Source: Chiloscyllium plagiosum
Lineage: Eukaryota
Length of the DNA: 64,000 nt
Direction of reading: 5' to 3'
NCBI RefSeq assembly: GCF_004010195.1
Contig: NC_057719.1
Span: 25,802,377-25,866,376 of the forward strand
Both the position numbers and the translations under genes were made by a program. Below are positions 38,631-51,046 of the stretch, piece after piece (the first letter of the stretch is position 1; the number at the start of each line of letters is the position of its first letter). The notes beneath the pieces are model-generated. The model was not told the DNA's origin. It ran no database searches and was given only the letters and a program-made list of their open reading frames with translations.

Positions 38631-39802
38631 CTGAAAGTAAATATTAAATGAAGAAGCAGACCTCATTATCATTGCAGTTATTCCCATTTGCAAACAAAAT
38701 CATTTTTAAACATAACCCCGGTGTATACTTATTCATGGTAAGTATAATTACCTCTGGGATAAATTTCTCAACTTGTAATCAACAGTTCTGCTGCCAGCAT
38801 GTATTTGAAAACTATTGTAAAACGTGTCTTATTATTTTGCCTGTTAAGGCAGTTCAGGAGTTATCCTTTGGGAGGAATGACAGGATCTTCACTCCACAAT
38901 ACAATCAACAATTTTCCATTTTTGGTTTGTTCTGCAAGTATTAAGTATGTATGTACAGACTAGTGTTCTCCTGTAACAATTTGTAGTTTTGTAAAGATTG
39001 GATATTAGTGTTCTTCAGAGGATATCAATGGGAAATCTAAATACATCAGATAAATTTGGATGGCTCATCGACTGCTGCTTTTGACCCTTCTGAATAGTCC
39101 CCCACATAAGGCAAGTAGATTGGGGTGGCTCAGTAGGTAAGATGGAGGAAGGGAGGGAAATATCCAAGACTGCTGAACAAGAACTATTTCCTTAAAGGGA
39201 TCAGATGAGTCCTCTTAGCCTCAAAGAAACTTAAAATGAAACCTTTAAAATCTAACTTACTGGTCTGCTTCCTGCCCTCAAACCAATTTCCAGCAGCTTT
39301 GACCTGCAGAGGAATGCACCAATCAGATCTCAGGTAAAAGTGGCTTGTGGAACCCAGTGAGGGCACCTTGTTTAAAACAGGTAAACATTAATCTGGTGCA
39401 ACAAATATGAAGCCCAAGATATTTTAACTCCATGGCTTCATTTCAATCTCTCCTCCTATTCTACACTTATACCACCCAGGAGGTAAGTATGTGTTGTGAT
39501 GTACCGATGGCCGACAGGCATTTGAACCATACAATCAAGGAGGAGTAGGTTATTCGGCCCCATGAGCCTGCTGTGCTATTTATGAAGATCAAATATGATT
39601 GGATTGTAACATTAAAATCCCATTCCCACCTATCCTCAATAACCTTTCGCTCCATTGTTCAACAAGAGTCCATCTACCTCTGCCTTAAAAATATCCAAGG
39701 ACACTGTGTTGAAAACAACAAATGCCAGAGATCACAGCGGGTCAGACAACATCCATGGAGAGAGAGCAAGCTAACATTTTGAGACCTGTGTTAAGGACTC
39801 TG

Positions 39803-40024
39803 TGTAGTGGTTATAACAAGTTCAGCCAGCTGGACATCATAGAATATGAGCTTCCTGATTGGGGCTGTTAATCTGGTCCAATCAGGGAGCCCTGGCTGAC
39901 ATAAAAGAATGACTGTCAGGAACATTGGGCCTCTCAGTGAGAGGCAGCGCAATTGTCAAAGAACTGTGCATTTATATATCAAGGGTAAATGGTGTGGGAT
40001 GTCGGCCTCTGAAGTGTTATTTCA
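39803..40024 (+). mobile_element. Probable solo LTR (222 bp) nested in an old minus-strand CR1 (about 39520-40570)
   Basis: TGT...TCA ends; flanks ctctg / ttctg; attgg and ccaat boxes plus cataaaag. Confidence 0.5.
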
Positions 40025-41599
40025 TTCTGCTTCTATCAACCTTTCAGAAAGAGAAAATCAAAGACTAAGAGAAAAATAAATCATGTCACCTCTATCTTAA
40101 ATGGCCGACCCCTCATTTTTAAACAATAGCCCCTAATTCTTCATCTCCTAAATGAGAAAACATACTCTCCACATCCAACTCCTCAAGACCCCTCAGGATC
40201 TTTTATGTTTCAATCAAATTGCGTCTTATGTTTCTAAATTCTCTTTCGTCCAACCATTCCTCATAAAGCCACCTACCAGATTCAAGGATTCGGATGTCCA
40301 TAAGAAATAGGAACAGGAGTGGGTCAGTCGATCCCTCAATCCTGCTCTGGTATTCAATAGTATCATGGCTTATCCAACATTCCTCACGTTCGCTTGCTCC
40401 GTAAGCCTTGATTTGTTTGGCAAAACTTCTCTGAACTGCTTTCAATGTATTTACATCCTTCCTTTAATAAGGTAATACTGTATTCAATATTGTAATACTG
40501 TTTAATACTGTACACAGTATTCCAGATGTGGTCTCACCACTGTTCTGCATAACTGACACACTACCTTACTTTAATATTCAATTTCCATTGCATCAGGCAT
40601 GTAGCAGGATTGATTGTATAGCTGTTCAGCAGGAGTCTGTATTGGCTTTTGAATTGACTGTGAGAAGCCCTTGTTCTTTTTGGATGCACAATGACAATAG
40701 AGAAAGAAAAAGTAAAATTTTTATTAATCTCTTAACCTAAAGCAGAGGTGTTCTGGCAGGTAACTCTCTCCCTTTTTCCAATCAGACAAAAATTGTAGCT
40801 GGATCCTGATTTCATCATTGAGACCTGATTATATCAATGAGGAAGCCAGCATTGGGCAGGTGACCTCACCAGGGTAAAATGGCAGCAAACTACAGTGCTG
40901 CAGATGCAATGTGTGCATGTGGCCAAGGCTATATCAACTCTCCTACTTGCCCACTGGAAGCCAGGTAGCTGGATTAAAATAATCTTTGTACTTTGTTATT
41001 GCTTTCTGTAGGTCCTAAAAGTGTGGCTATGTTGAAATTTTAAAGTTTATGCCTTTGAATTTAAAAGAAGCCTTCCGTGTTGAGTCAGGAATCCATCTTA
41101 GATATGATTACAATATATCATTATTTCCTGAAACTGACTGGAAATAACTGTGAAATTCAATTATTTCTATTTCGAGGACAAAGGTACATCAGAAAACTAT
41201 TGATGCTGTTGCCATGTGTAAAAATCTAGGACATTTCCAGCAACATTGAATGTTTGTTGATAAAGCTTATTTTATAGAAAATGTAAAAGGGTTACCCTGG
41301 AATATGTTTTGAGGACAATACAAGTGGATTTCAAAAGCCTTGCACCTTTCCACTTCATATGAACCTGAGTCCTTGTAAGACTAATAATCTATTATCTATT
41401 GCATTATTGCTACTGGGGACAGAAAGCCCAATTAAAACAAAAACTGCAATTCTTTAGTGAACGATGTCACTCTGACCACACAATAAGACCCAGCTGCAAA
41501 TTAACAAACTGGTACAAAGGTACTGTAGGTTGAAGTGAGCTTGCACTAGCTTAATACTGCATTAGTCCAATCAAAATCTTGATAAAATCCTTCTGGACT

Positions 41600-42256
41600 T
41601 TAGATTAGATTACATTCCCTACAGTATGGAGGCCCTTCAGCCCATCAAGTCCACACAAACCCTGCGAATAGTAACCCATCCAGACCCATTGCCTATATTT
41701 ACCCCTGACTAATGCACCTAACACTAGGGCAATTTAGCATGGCCAATTCAACTAACCTTTTAGATTAGATTAGATTAGATTACTTACAGTGTGGAAACAG
41801 GCCCTTCGGCCCAACAAGTCCACACCGACCCGCCGAAGCGCAACCCACCCATACCCCTACATTTGCCCCTTTTATCTAACACTACGGGCAATTTAGCATG
41901 GCCAATTCACTTGGCCTGCACATTTTTGGACTGTGGGAGGAAACCGGAGCACCCGGAGGAAACCCACGCAGACACGGGGAGAATGTGCAAACTCCACACA
42001 GTCAGTTGCCTGAGGTGGGAATTGAACCCGGGTCTCTGGCGCTGTGAGGCAGCAGTGCTAACCACTGTGCCAACGTGCCGCCCATAACCTGCACATCTTT
42101 AGATTGTGGGAGGAAACCAGAGCACCCAGAGGAAACCCACATAGACACAGGGAAATGTGCAAACTCCAAACAGACAGTTGCCTGAGGCAGGAATGAAACC
42201 CAGGTCCCTGGTGCTGTGAAGCAGCAGTGCTAACCAGTGAGCCACCATGCCGCTCC
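41600..42256 (-). mobile_element. Young HE1 SINE (41759-42084) nested in an older HE1 SINE
   Basis: Outer copy is split; taacct duplicated at 41753-41758 and 42085-42090. Confidence 0.88.
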
Positions 42257-42559
42257 AATTTACTTGAAGGTCACAAATACTTTACAATTGAGCAATATTT
42301 ACGTCTTTAATATACAGAGTGATGTTATTTTCTCGTAGCCCAGAACAGATTAAATTCTTGCAATGATGATACAAATGTCATGCTTCAATGTCAATATCAT
42401 AAATATGATTGCTGTGTACGTGGTAATATGTTACAGTTCACTCAGGAGTCGCTGTGGCAACACAGACTTTTAGAGGCATCTTGTAGTATGGAGCCAACAA
42501 TAGTGATGGTAGAGGTTCTAACATTCTCTCGTTCGAAATTGGAGGAAGGCTAATTTTGA

Positions 42560-44418
42560 CAGCATGAGGCATGATTGGGGCAGATGTTCACAGGTAAAGG
42601 GATGGCTGGAAAATGGGAAACCTTAAAAAATGAGATAACAAGAATCCAGAGACAGTATATTCCTGTTAGGATGAAAGGAAAGGCTGGTAGGTGTAGGGAA
42701 TGCTGGATGACAAAAGAGATTGAGGGTTTAGTTAAGAAAAAGAAGGAAGTGTATGTCATGTATAGACAGGATAGATCGAATAAATTCCTTAGAAGAGTCT
42801 AAAGGCAGTAGGAGAAGATTCGAGAGAAATCAGGAGGGTGAAAGGGGGACATGAAATAGCTTTGGCAAATAGGGTTAAGGAGAATCCAAACAGTTTTTAC
42901 AAATACATTAAGGACAAAAGGGCAACTAGGGAGAGAATAGGACCCCTCAAAGAACAGCAAGATGGCCTATTTGTGGAGCCACAGGAGGTGGGAGAGATAC
43001 TAAACGAGTATTTTGCAGCAGTATTTACTGTGGAAAAGGACATGGAAGATATAGACTGTAGAGAAATAGACGGTGACATCTTGAAAAATGTCCATATTAC
43101 AGAGGAGGAACTGCTGGATGTCTTGAAATCCATAAAAGTGGACAAATCCCCAGGACCTGATCAGGTGTACCCTAGAACTCTGTGAGAAGCTACGGAAGTG
43201 ATTGCTGGGCCTCTTGCTGAGATACAAACTTGATTGAATTTTTTGAGGAAGCAACAAGAGGATTGATGAGGGCAGAGCAGTTGACATGATCTATATGGAC
43301 TTCAGCAAGGTGCTCGACAAGACTGGTTAGCAAGGTTAGATCTCATGGAATACAGAGAGAACTAGCCATTTGGATACAGAACTGGCTCAAAGGTAGAAGA
43401 CATAGAGTTGTGGTGGAGGGTTGCTTTTCAGCCTGGAGCCCTGTGACCATGGGTGTGCCACAAGGATCGGTACTGGGTCCACTGCTTTTTGTCATTTATA
43501 TAAATGATTTGGATGTGAACAAAGGAGGTACAGTTAGTAAGTTTGCAGATGACACCAAAATTGGAGGTGCAGTGGACAGCGAAGAAGGTTACCTCAGATT
43601 ACAACAGGATCTTGACCAGATGGGCCAATGGGCTGTGGAGTACCAGATGGAGTTTAATTGAGATAAATGTGAGGTGCTGCATTTTGGGAAAGCAAATCTT
43701 AGCAGGGCTTATACACTTAATAGTAAGGTCCTGGGGAGTGTTGCTGAACAAAGAAACCTTAGAGTGCAGGTTCATAGCTCCTTGAAAGTAGAGTCGCAGC
43801 TAGATACTCTTGTAAAAAAGGCATTTGGTATGCTTTCCTTTATTGGTCAGAGCATTGAGTATAGGAGTTGGGAGGCCATGTTGCAGATGTACAGGACATT
43901 GGTTAGGCCACTGTTGGAATACTGGGTGCAATTCTGGTCTCCCTCCTATTGGAAGGATATTGTGAAACTTGAAAGGGTTCAGAAAAGATTTACAAGGATG
44001 TTGCCAGGGTTGGAATGCCCTCTAGTTCTGGACTTCCCCTCCCCAGGGAAAAGACTTTGTCTATTTATCCTATCCATGAGGGGCATGGATAGGATAAATA
44101 GACAAAGTCTTTTCCCTGGGGAGGGGAAGTCCAGAACTAGAGGGCATAGGTTTAGGGTGAGAGGGGAAAGATATAAAAGAGACCTAAGGGGCAACCTTCC
44201 ATACAGAGGGTGGCGTGTGTATGGAATGAGCAGCCAGACAAAGTGAAAGAGGTTGGTACATTTATAGCATTTAAAAGGCATGGGTATATGTCTGGGAAGG
44301 ATTTAGAGTGATACGGGTCAAGTGCTGGGAGGTGGGACTAGATTAGGTTAGGATATCTGGTCAGTATGGATGAGTTGGACTGGAGGGTCTGTTTTCGTGC
44401 TGTACATCTCTATGACTC
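42560..44418 (+). mobile_element. CR1 LINE ORF2 fragment with internal inverted duplication
   Basis: [28 protein letters not shown]. Confidence 0.92.
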
Positions 44419-44419
44419 A

Positions 44420-45380
44420 ATGTTGTTTGTCATTTAACTCAATGATTTAGACGAGAATATAGAAGGCATGGTTCGTAAGTTTGGAAAGACACCAAAATGA
44501 AGAAGGTTACCTAAGATTGTAAAGAGATTTTTATTAATTGGGTCAATTTGCTGAGGAGTGGCAGACATAGTTTAATTTGGATAAATGCGAGATTTTGCAT
44601 TTCAGTAAAACTAACAAGGGCAGAACTTTTACAATTAAAAATAGGGCCTTGGGTAATGTTGGAGAAGAGCAGAGAGAACTTGGGTATCTGGTACATAATT
44701 TTTTCGAAGCTTGCATCACATGTTGACAGGGTATTTATGAAGACATGTTTAGTACGCTTGCCTTCATTGCTCAGACCTTTGAATAAAGGAGTTTGGACGT
44801 CATGTTGTGCTTGTACAGGACATTGGTGAGGCCTCTTCTGGAGTACTGTGTCCAATGCTGGTCACCCTGTTATAGGAAGGATATTATTAAGCTGGAGAGA
44901 GGTCAGAAAAGATTGAGTAGGATGTTGCCAGTAAAATAGGGTTTGAGTTATAAGGAGAGGCTGGATAGGCTGAGTTTTTTTTTACTGGAGCATAGGAGGT
45001 TGAGGGGTTTATAAAATTGTGAGGAGTGTAGCAAAGGTTTTTTCCTGCAGGGTGGGGAGCTCAAGAGTAGTGGGGAAGATTCGGAAAGTAACAGGAGAAA
45101 GATTTTAAAAAGATATGACAGGCAACCATTTTTACATAGAGAGTGGTTCGTCTATGGAATGAACTTCTTGAGCAAGTGGTACATGTGGGTATGGTTACAA
45201 CATTTAAAAGAAGTTTGGAAAAGTGCATGAATAAGACATGTTTGGAGGGATGTTGGTCAAGTACAGGCAGATGGCACCATTTTAGTTTGGGATTGCTGTG
45301 CTCTTCCAGCACCACTGATCCAGAAGTTGGCATGGACTGGTTGGAACGAAGGGTCTGTTTCTGTGCTGTATGACTCTATG
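44420..45380 (+). mobile_element. Older CR1 LINE 3' fragment
   Basis: Degenerate RT C-terminus and 3' UTR. Confidence 0.8.
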
Positions 45381-45514
45381 TGGTTGACCATGAATCTCTC
45401 CTGTACTCACCACATGCCTTTGGCATGCAATGGAAGGATTTAGAAATTGATGCAAAATCTGTTTTTCTGCATTATAAATGCAGAGCCCTTAAAATATTAT
45501 GACATCACATTAAG

Positions 45515-45838
45515 GGAGGCACGGTGGCACAGTGGTTAGCACTGCTGCCTCACAGCGCCAGAGACCTGGGTTCAATTCCCGCCTCAGGCAACTGTCTGTG
45601 TGGAGTTTGCACATTCTCCCCGTGTCTGCGTGGGTTTCCTCCGGGTGCTCCGGTTTCTTCCCACAGTCCAAAGATGTGCAGGTTAGGTGAACTGGCCATG
45701 CTAAATTGCCCGTAGTGTTAGGTGAAGGGGTAAATGTAGGGGAATGGGTCTTGGGTGGGTTGCTCTTCGGACGGTCGGTGTGGACTTGTTGGGCCAAAGG
45801 GCCTGTTTCCACACTGTAAGTAATCTAATCTAATCTAA
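45515..45838 (+). mobile_element. HE1-like SINE
   Basis: Full-length copy with (aatct)n tail. Confidence 0.9.
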
Positions 45839-47143
45839 CCACATTGGCAAGGAAACCTCCTGCTGATTACTGCCTACACCCAGTGATGGATCAATGCTCC
45901 TCCATGTTGAAAACTGTTTGGAGGAAGCCCTGAGAGTGGTTAGGGCAGAAAATGTACAGAGATTATACTTCACTACAAGAGGCTCAATACAACCTTTGAG
46001 CAGAGCAAAGCTAGAAGCATGGAGTGAGCCCCAGTGAGTTCCTCACCAGAAACTCCTAACTTCCACTGTCCTAATAAAACAAGAGAGAGTCCTCAAGACT
46101 ACAGCATGTTATATGCCTGTCTTGGTGATAGTAAACTTGGTCACTTGGACTTTAACAAGCTTAAGTACATTTTAAATCTTTTGTAATTGTTTCTTTTGCT
46201 GTGTGTGTCTGTGTCTCTGTGTGCATCTTGTCTGAATGAGGGAGTGGATACTATTGTAATTACTTTCAGGAAGTTGAGCAAATAAATGGCTGTTCTTTAT
46301 TATAATTTAACACTATGAGAAAGCCTGTTTTGCGTCTGCTTTTGAAAGTCATAGCAACTAAAGGATTAAAAGACTTCTTTGTTAAGAACGCATCTAGTTG
46401 AGAGGTGGGAATAAAAGCAGGAACCATCCTCCCATCTTGCCCTTTCTGTAACACACTGGATAGTACGTGTCTTCTCCATTACCTTTGCTGTATTGCCTAA
46501 ACCTGCTGCAGAACCAGAGACAATGAACTAGCCCCTGTCCTACCAAAATTCTACTCAATTCTTCATTTGATCTGTTAGTCAATGTTGTTCTGTGCTTCTT
46601 GTGTTTAAGATCATTTCACCTCTTGTGAAACACTCCTTTCTAAATCCTTTAACTCATGAGAACTGCTCCAACCCTCTCTCCACTACTTCCAGATACTTTC
46701 ACAAAAGCAGATGTTCTTAACAATCATCTTACTTGCAAATCGTGTACTTGGTCTTTCAAGTAAAACTAGTGCCTCTCTTGTAGCTGAGTCCCTGGTCGAT
46801 ATTGAGTGAGATATACATGTGTTCATTGGACCTGCATGGTCTAAAATTGGGTAATTGGTATCATGTCAGCCAGTGGGGCAGTGTAATGCCAGAATAGCAC
46901 TGATTCTGCTGCCTCTGGTACACACTCCTCAAGGTAGCACATCTTATGGGCTTTTCCAGAAACAGCTGTCAGTGCACCTTGCTCCGCCCTTCCCCAAACC
47001 CAGAGCAGGAACAACTTCCAAATGGCAGGAGTTGCCAAAATGAAATTTACATGTGCAGTACATTCAATACAAGATATATGAATTTTCAACCCATTTTGTG
47101 CTTCTTGACTATAGTATAACTGTAGGTGGTTACTACTGTAAAT

Positions 47144-47284
47144 CTTCGAGGAGAAAGTGAGGACTGCAGATGCTGGAGATCAGAGCTGAAAATGTGTTGC
47201 TGGAAAAGCACAGCAGGTCAGGCAGCATCCAAGGAACAGGAGAATCGACGTTTCGGGCATAAGCCCTTCTTCAGGAATTGGTAT
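47144..47284 (-). mobile_element. Family A solo terminal repeat with intact hammerhead core
   Basis: Minus CTGAAGAAGGGCTTATGCCCGAAACGTC at 47247-47274; 14-bp TSD ttactactgtaaat (47130-47143 / 47285-47298). Confidence 0.85.
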
Positions 47285-47969
47285 TTACTACTGTAAATAC
47301 CAGCAGCAACTCTTACATTTATAAAATGCCTTTAGTGCAGAAATCAAAGTCAAAACTGTTCATAGAGGAGTAAGGAACCAATTAGTGACTTACCAAGGAA
47401 GATATTAAGAGAAGAGACCAAAAACATGATAGATTAAGTGTGTTTTAACATTTGACCCAAAGCTCAATATCAATTCTGAGATTAGTTTGAAATCAGAGCT
47501 AATATAAACGATTATAAGATTAATCTGGGATACAGTGAGATAATACCCATTTGTGAGGCCAAGAGAGCCCCTTAATAACAAAAAGGATTGGACTTAAGGG
47601 GTCTCCAACTGACAATTTCACAAGGACATGAAATAAAATAATGCCAAGTCGACTATTTTGCTAATTGAATCAAAGGTGTGTTCCGTCTCATGGTCAATAC
47701 ATAGATCTACTTTTAAGAAACAGGGCTCATGATATCATTACTGCGTTACAACATGTAACCTGAGGGTATAAAGACCACTCACTCCATCTTTCCTCTGACC
47801 ACTTGTAACGTGGCACTTTCCTAGAAGCATGTTTCTTGAGTGTAATGTGATTGCTTATTATAAACCTAGATATGTATGTGTCTGAGGAATGTGTTGTTTG
47901 TACATCATACTTAGTTGTTTTAAATGTTGCGGGCTTCAATATTATGATAGTCACGCCCAGTTTCTTATG

Positions 47970-48193
47970 ATTTGGAGATGCCGGTGTTGGACTGGGGTGT
48001 ACAAAGTTAAAAATCACACAACACCAGGTTATAGTCCAACAGGTTTAATTGGAAGCACACTAACTTTCGGAGCGACGCTCTTTCATCAGGTGATTGTCTC
48101 ACCTGATCACCTGATGAAGGAGCGTCGCTCCGAAAGCTAGTGTGCTTCCAATTAAACCTGTTGGACTATAACCTGGTGTTGTGTGATTTTTAA
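47970..48193. mobile_element. Palindromic family B element with hammerhead cores on both strands
   Basis: Cores 48061-48089 (-) and 48111-48139 (+); 14-bp TSD cccagtttcttatg (47956-47969 / 48194-48207). Confidence 0.88.
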
Positions 48194-49810
48194 CCCAGTT
48201 TCTTATGTTATGGGAGATAATATCAGGAAAAAAAACACTATGCTGGAGGCAAACTCACAAGCTACACCAATTTTCCCTTGTAATTTCTCACACATATCCA
48301 ATAAACTGAACACATACTTCTGATCAAAACTCATTCTCTCCTCTCTCAACTTTAAAATCAGTAAGACTGAAAAGATGGAGTAGCTGATTGTGTGTTTGAA
48401 AAGTACTCTGTACATTTTCCAATAAAAAGGTAGCAATGACTGGAAAATATGAAACATAAATTGGGTAGTCCCAACACCAGCTATAGAAAAGATGATGTAT
48501 CTGTGAGACTATGATTACTGATTGTTTGGTTTCCCTAGGTGGCATAAGACAGCCCATAAACTATAGAGTTACAGTGCAGGTTTTATCACCTAAAAATACA
48601 GATTTTAGTCTAAGTTTTGAAGAATGTTTTCACATTGTCTTGTGCTTTCGGGAAGGCCTGTCAGTTTCTGAACTAATGTCTGGTGAGATATGAAGAACTG
48701 ACTTGAGTAGGAGCTACAAAGTAATGATCAAGGGGCAGCAGTGCATGGACCTAAGAAGGATTATGTGCAACGACATAGGATGGAATTAGGAAGTTCAACT
48801 CAACTCCTCTGGACCCAAAGTAAAAACAGAAAGTGCTGAAGAAACTCAGCAGGTCTGGCAGCATTTGTGGAGAGACGGAAAACAGAGTTAACAATTTGAG
48901 TCCAATACCAAAGAAGAGTCATGTTGGACTTGAAGTATGAAACTGAAAAAGATTTGGAAAGATTAACAAAGTTGTTAACTCTGGAAACTTGCCAAGGTAG
49001 GTGACCCACCTCCTGACCTCCTTAAGCTTCTCCACTATCTACAAGGCACAGGTCAGGAATGTGATGGAATTCTACCCAAATGGGTGCACCTGCAAGAACA
49101 CTCAAGAAGCTCGACTTTGATTGGCACCCCATCTACTACCTTCAACAATCACTTCCTTCAGCGCCAGTACATAGCAGGTATTATCTCCGAGTATCCTGCA
49201 ACAATTCATTTCACATCGGAGCACCTCAAAGGTCTAGGGTAGCAACTATGTATGAAGACCATCACCTGCAAAGTCTCCCCTTGCCCAACCCCCTCAAAGC
49301 AACACACTATCTTGATTAGGGATTATATCATGAGCCATGAATTAGCACCAGGTTAAAATCTTGGATACGCATCCCTGACAACAGTGTGGATATAAAAGTT
49401 GCAGTTGTTCAAGGCAGTAGCTGAATTGCACCTTCTCAAGCAATTATCAGTGGGAATAAAATGCTGTCCTTGCCTGTGTGGTTCATAATCCATGGATGCA
49501 TAAAAATACATTTGAAAAATTAACCCCAGCACTTTGTTTACATTGCTTATGGCCTTATCAATTTGGGTTGTTGCTTTTAATGAGTTATGCTCTGAATTCC
49601 TGACTTAACAAAGATAATGTGGAAGACTAGTGGGGTTAGGTGGCACATCAAAAAGAGCAAAAATGTGGCATTAAATTGTTCAAAATATATTATATTTCAG
49701 GCTTTTCATTTTAGATATAAATCAGAAATATTGAAATTAGGAAAATTCACCTTTATCCAGCATCATTGCATACTTATGAGCAAGTTTCTAAAACAAATTT
49801 AAAAACTTAC

Positions 49811-49864
49811 TTCATCACGAGTATATAGCCTGCATACATTATGATCAGGAGAAGGCCTTCCCAC
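49811..49864 (-). CDS. SLC24A4: NCKX4 coding exon (54 bp), W-WEGLLLIIMYAGYILVM-K, transmembrane segment before the cytoplasmic loop
   Basis: tttttatctctttgag|G TGG GAA GGC...GTG ATG AA|gtaagt; phase 2 to phase 2; resembles NCKX4 WWEGLVLIILYVFYILIMK. Confidence 0.9.
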
Positions 49865-50004
49865 CTCAAAGAGATAAAAAGATTGTCACTAGTTTGTAGT
49901 TAGAGCAAGAACAATACATTTAAAACCATAATGCAGCTCAGTTATCAGCAATCTACAGGTTGAGTTTAAGTGAATGCACCAGTTAAAGTAACATTATGTA
50001 CAGG

Positions 50005-50275
50005 ATCACTACAGTGCAGAAACAGGCCCTTCAGCCCAATGAGCCCCTGTAACACTGCATTTCCCACGGTTAATGCATCTAGCCTATAAATCCCTGAACA
50101 TTATGGGCAATTTAGTATGGCCAATCTACCTAACTTTCACATCTTTGGACTGTGGGAGAAAACCAGGGCATCCAGCAGAAATGGGGACAACATGCAAACT
50201 CCACACAGATAGTTGCCCAAGGGTGGAATTGAAGCCAGGTCTCTAGCACTGAGGCAGCAGTGCTAACCACTGAGC
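50005..50275 (-). mobile_element. Older HE1-like SINE
   Basis: Diverged reverse copy. Confidence 0.8.
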
Positions 50276-50318
50276 CTAACCCTAACCCTATCGCACGTGC
50301 TGCCCATTTTTATGGAAA

Positions 50319-50390
50319 TTGCAGAGGATGGTTTCAATCCATTGGCCTCTAGGCTATGGGTCCAGCACACTCCCACTGCGCCACCCTGCT
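50319..50390 (-). pseudogene. Initiator tRNA-Met(CAT) pseudogene
   Basis: Minus strand AGCAGGGTGGCGCAGTGGGAGTGTGCTGGACCCATAGCCTAGAGGCCAATGGATTGAAACCATCCTCTGCAA is colinear with vertebrate tRNA-iMet, with about 11 substitutions; CAT anticodon kept. Confidence 0.85.
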
Positions 50391-51020
50391 GTGTGTCTTC
50401 TTGAAGCCGTGGGAAGCTACTCAGCCTTCTTCTGAAATGGTCAAGAATGTTTTTTGTAGTTATACGACCGGCTTCTGCTCCTTCTCCTTTCCATTCTTAC
50501 TTTGTGAATGCCAGAAATCGGAGACTGAGGATTAAGATCAATGGCATGGAAGCACAAAATATTTAGGAAAGTTTGGCAAAAAAGGAAGCAGTCAGATTTG
50601 TTCAAGCTTTCTGTGAGTGTTGCTCTGTAATCAGATGCTAGGAGCTGCTTACGAGCAGCTGGGGTGAATCACCATTGAGTCTCCATGGAAACGCACCTGA
50701 CCATTGTTGGCATTAATGTCTGGATGCCTGCCAAGGGTTCAAAGCTTAGCATGCTAGGTCAAACACTCATGTTCTATTAGTCCACTGCACAGTGCATTTG
50801 AATAACAAACCACTTCATCATCTGCGTACATTACTTAAAAGGATACAATTAACTTTTTGTCGCAAGACATAGATATCAACATGACATTTAATAGTGCCTA
50901 GGATAGGAAACTTAACAGCCACATTGAAAGATTATCAGTAATACAGTAAGTTGCCAATAATTTATATTCACATTAACAAGAGATAATTTTTCATGATTAT
51001 TATTGATTCATAATACTTAC

Positions 51021-51046
51021 CATTCAATTTTCTCATCATAGATAAA
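51021..51046 (-). CDS. SLC24A4: NCKX4 coding micro-exon (26 bp), FIYDEKIE-W
   Basis: Minus strand ctttccttgcag|TTT ATC TAT GAT GAG AAA ATT GAA TG|gtaagt; ends in phase 2, matching the next exon; resembles NCKX4 FIYDEQIVW. Confidence 0.88.

Noticed and set aside
982..51046. Assignment to SLC24A3 or SLC24A5
   Set aside because: LLLGSVALT, ENIENGNVP and DDP..PLL motifs fit SLC24A4 better as recalled; a SLC24A4-like paralog is not excluded
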